Shown here: positions 37,721 through 37,961 of the stretch, piece after piece
Position numbering within the stretch: position 1 is the first letter of the stretch
Layout: every line of letters begins with the position of its first letter
DNA from: Octopus bimaculoides
Lineage: Eukaryota
Assembly (NCBI RefSeq): GCF_001194135.2
Contig: NC_068981.1
Coordinates: 44,626,697-44,664,657 of the forward strand
Direction: 5' to 3'
DNA length: 37,961 nt
Notes under the pieces: model-generated
The model's database searches: none
What the model was told of the DNA's origin: nothing
The model's input: only the letters and a program-made list of their open reading frames with translations
Made by a program: the position numbers and the translations under genes

Positions 37721-37961
37721 GAATTATCCCACTACATCAAGTTATATATATGATTGTGTGTGAATGCGCACGCTTGTGTGTATGTGTGTGTGCGCGTGTG
37801 TGAATAAAAGCTCTCATTGCACTATCATTTATTATGAATGATATGAAACAAATTTAGGAATACAAGTGTCAACATTCCAGTACCTCTACCCGTGGAATTT
37901 CAAAGAACTATTCCGAAAACAGTAACACAGTTGAAAATTTATATATATATATATATATATA

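Overview
AT-rich eukaryotic genomic DNA from a gapped short-read assembly: 8 N-gaps, most flanked by microsatellites, and one retained Illumina adapter. The SINE families and the (TA)n/(CA)n/(GA)n landscape resemble what I know of octopus (coleoid cephalopod) genomes; this host call is inference. I find no intact protein-coding gene, rRNA, tRNA or CRISPR array. The window is mostly decayed transposons recognised by hand translation: a Merlin DDE transposase remnant, a Penelope-like (GIY-YIG) retroelement with a fold-back inversion, an R4/Dong-type RLE LINE 3' end, a ~3.7 kb 5' half of a Helitron, two mariner remnants (one internally inverted), an RTE LINE, and about ten tRNA-derived SINE copies from two families. 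The only host-gene evidence is one GC-richer, splice-site-bounded candidate exon on the minus strand (1230-1324) plus weaker minus-strand splice signals. I cannot support a new biological system here. The best leads are the two self-inverted transposon structures and the orphan exon.
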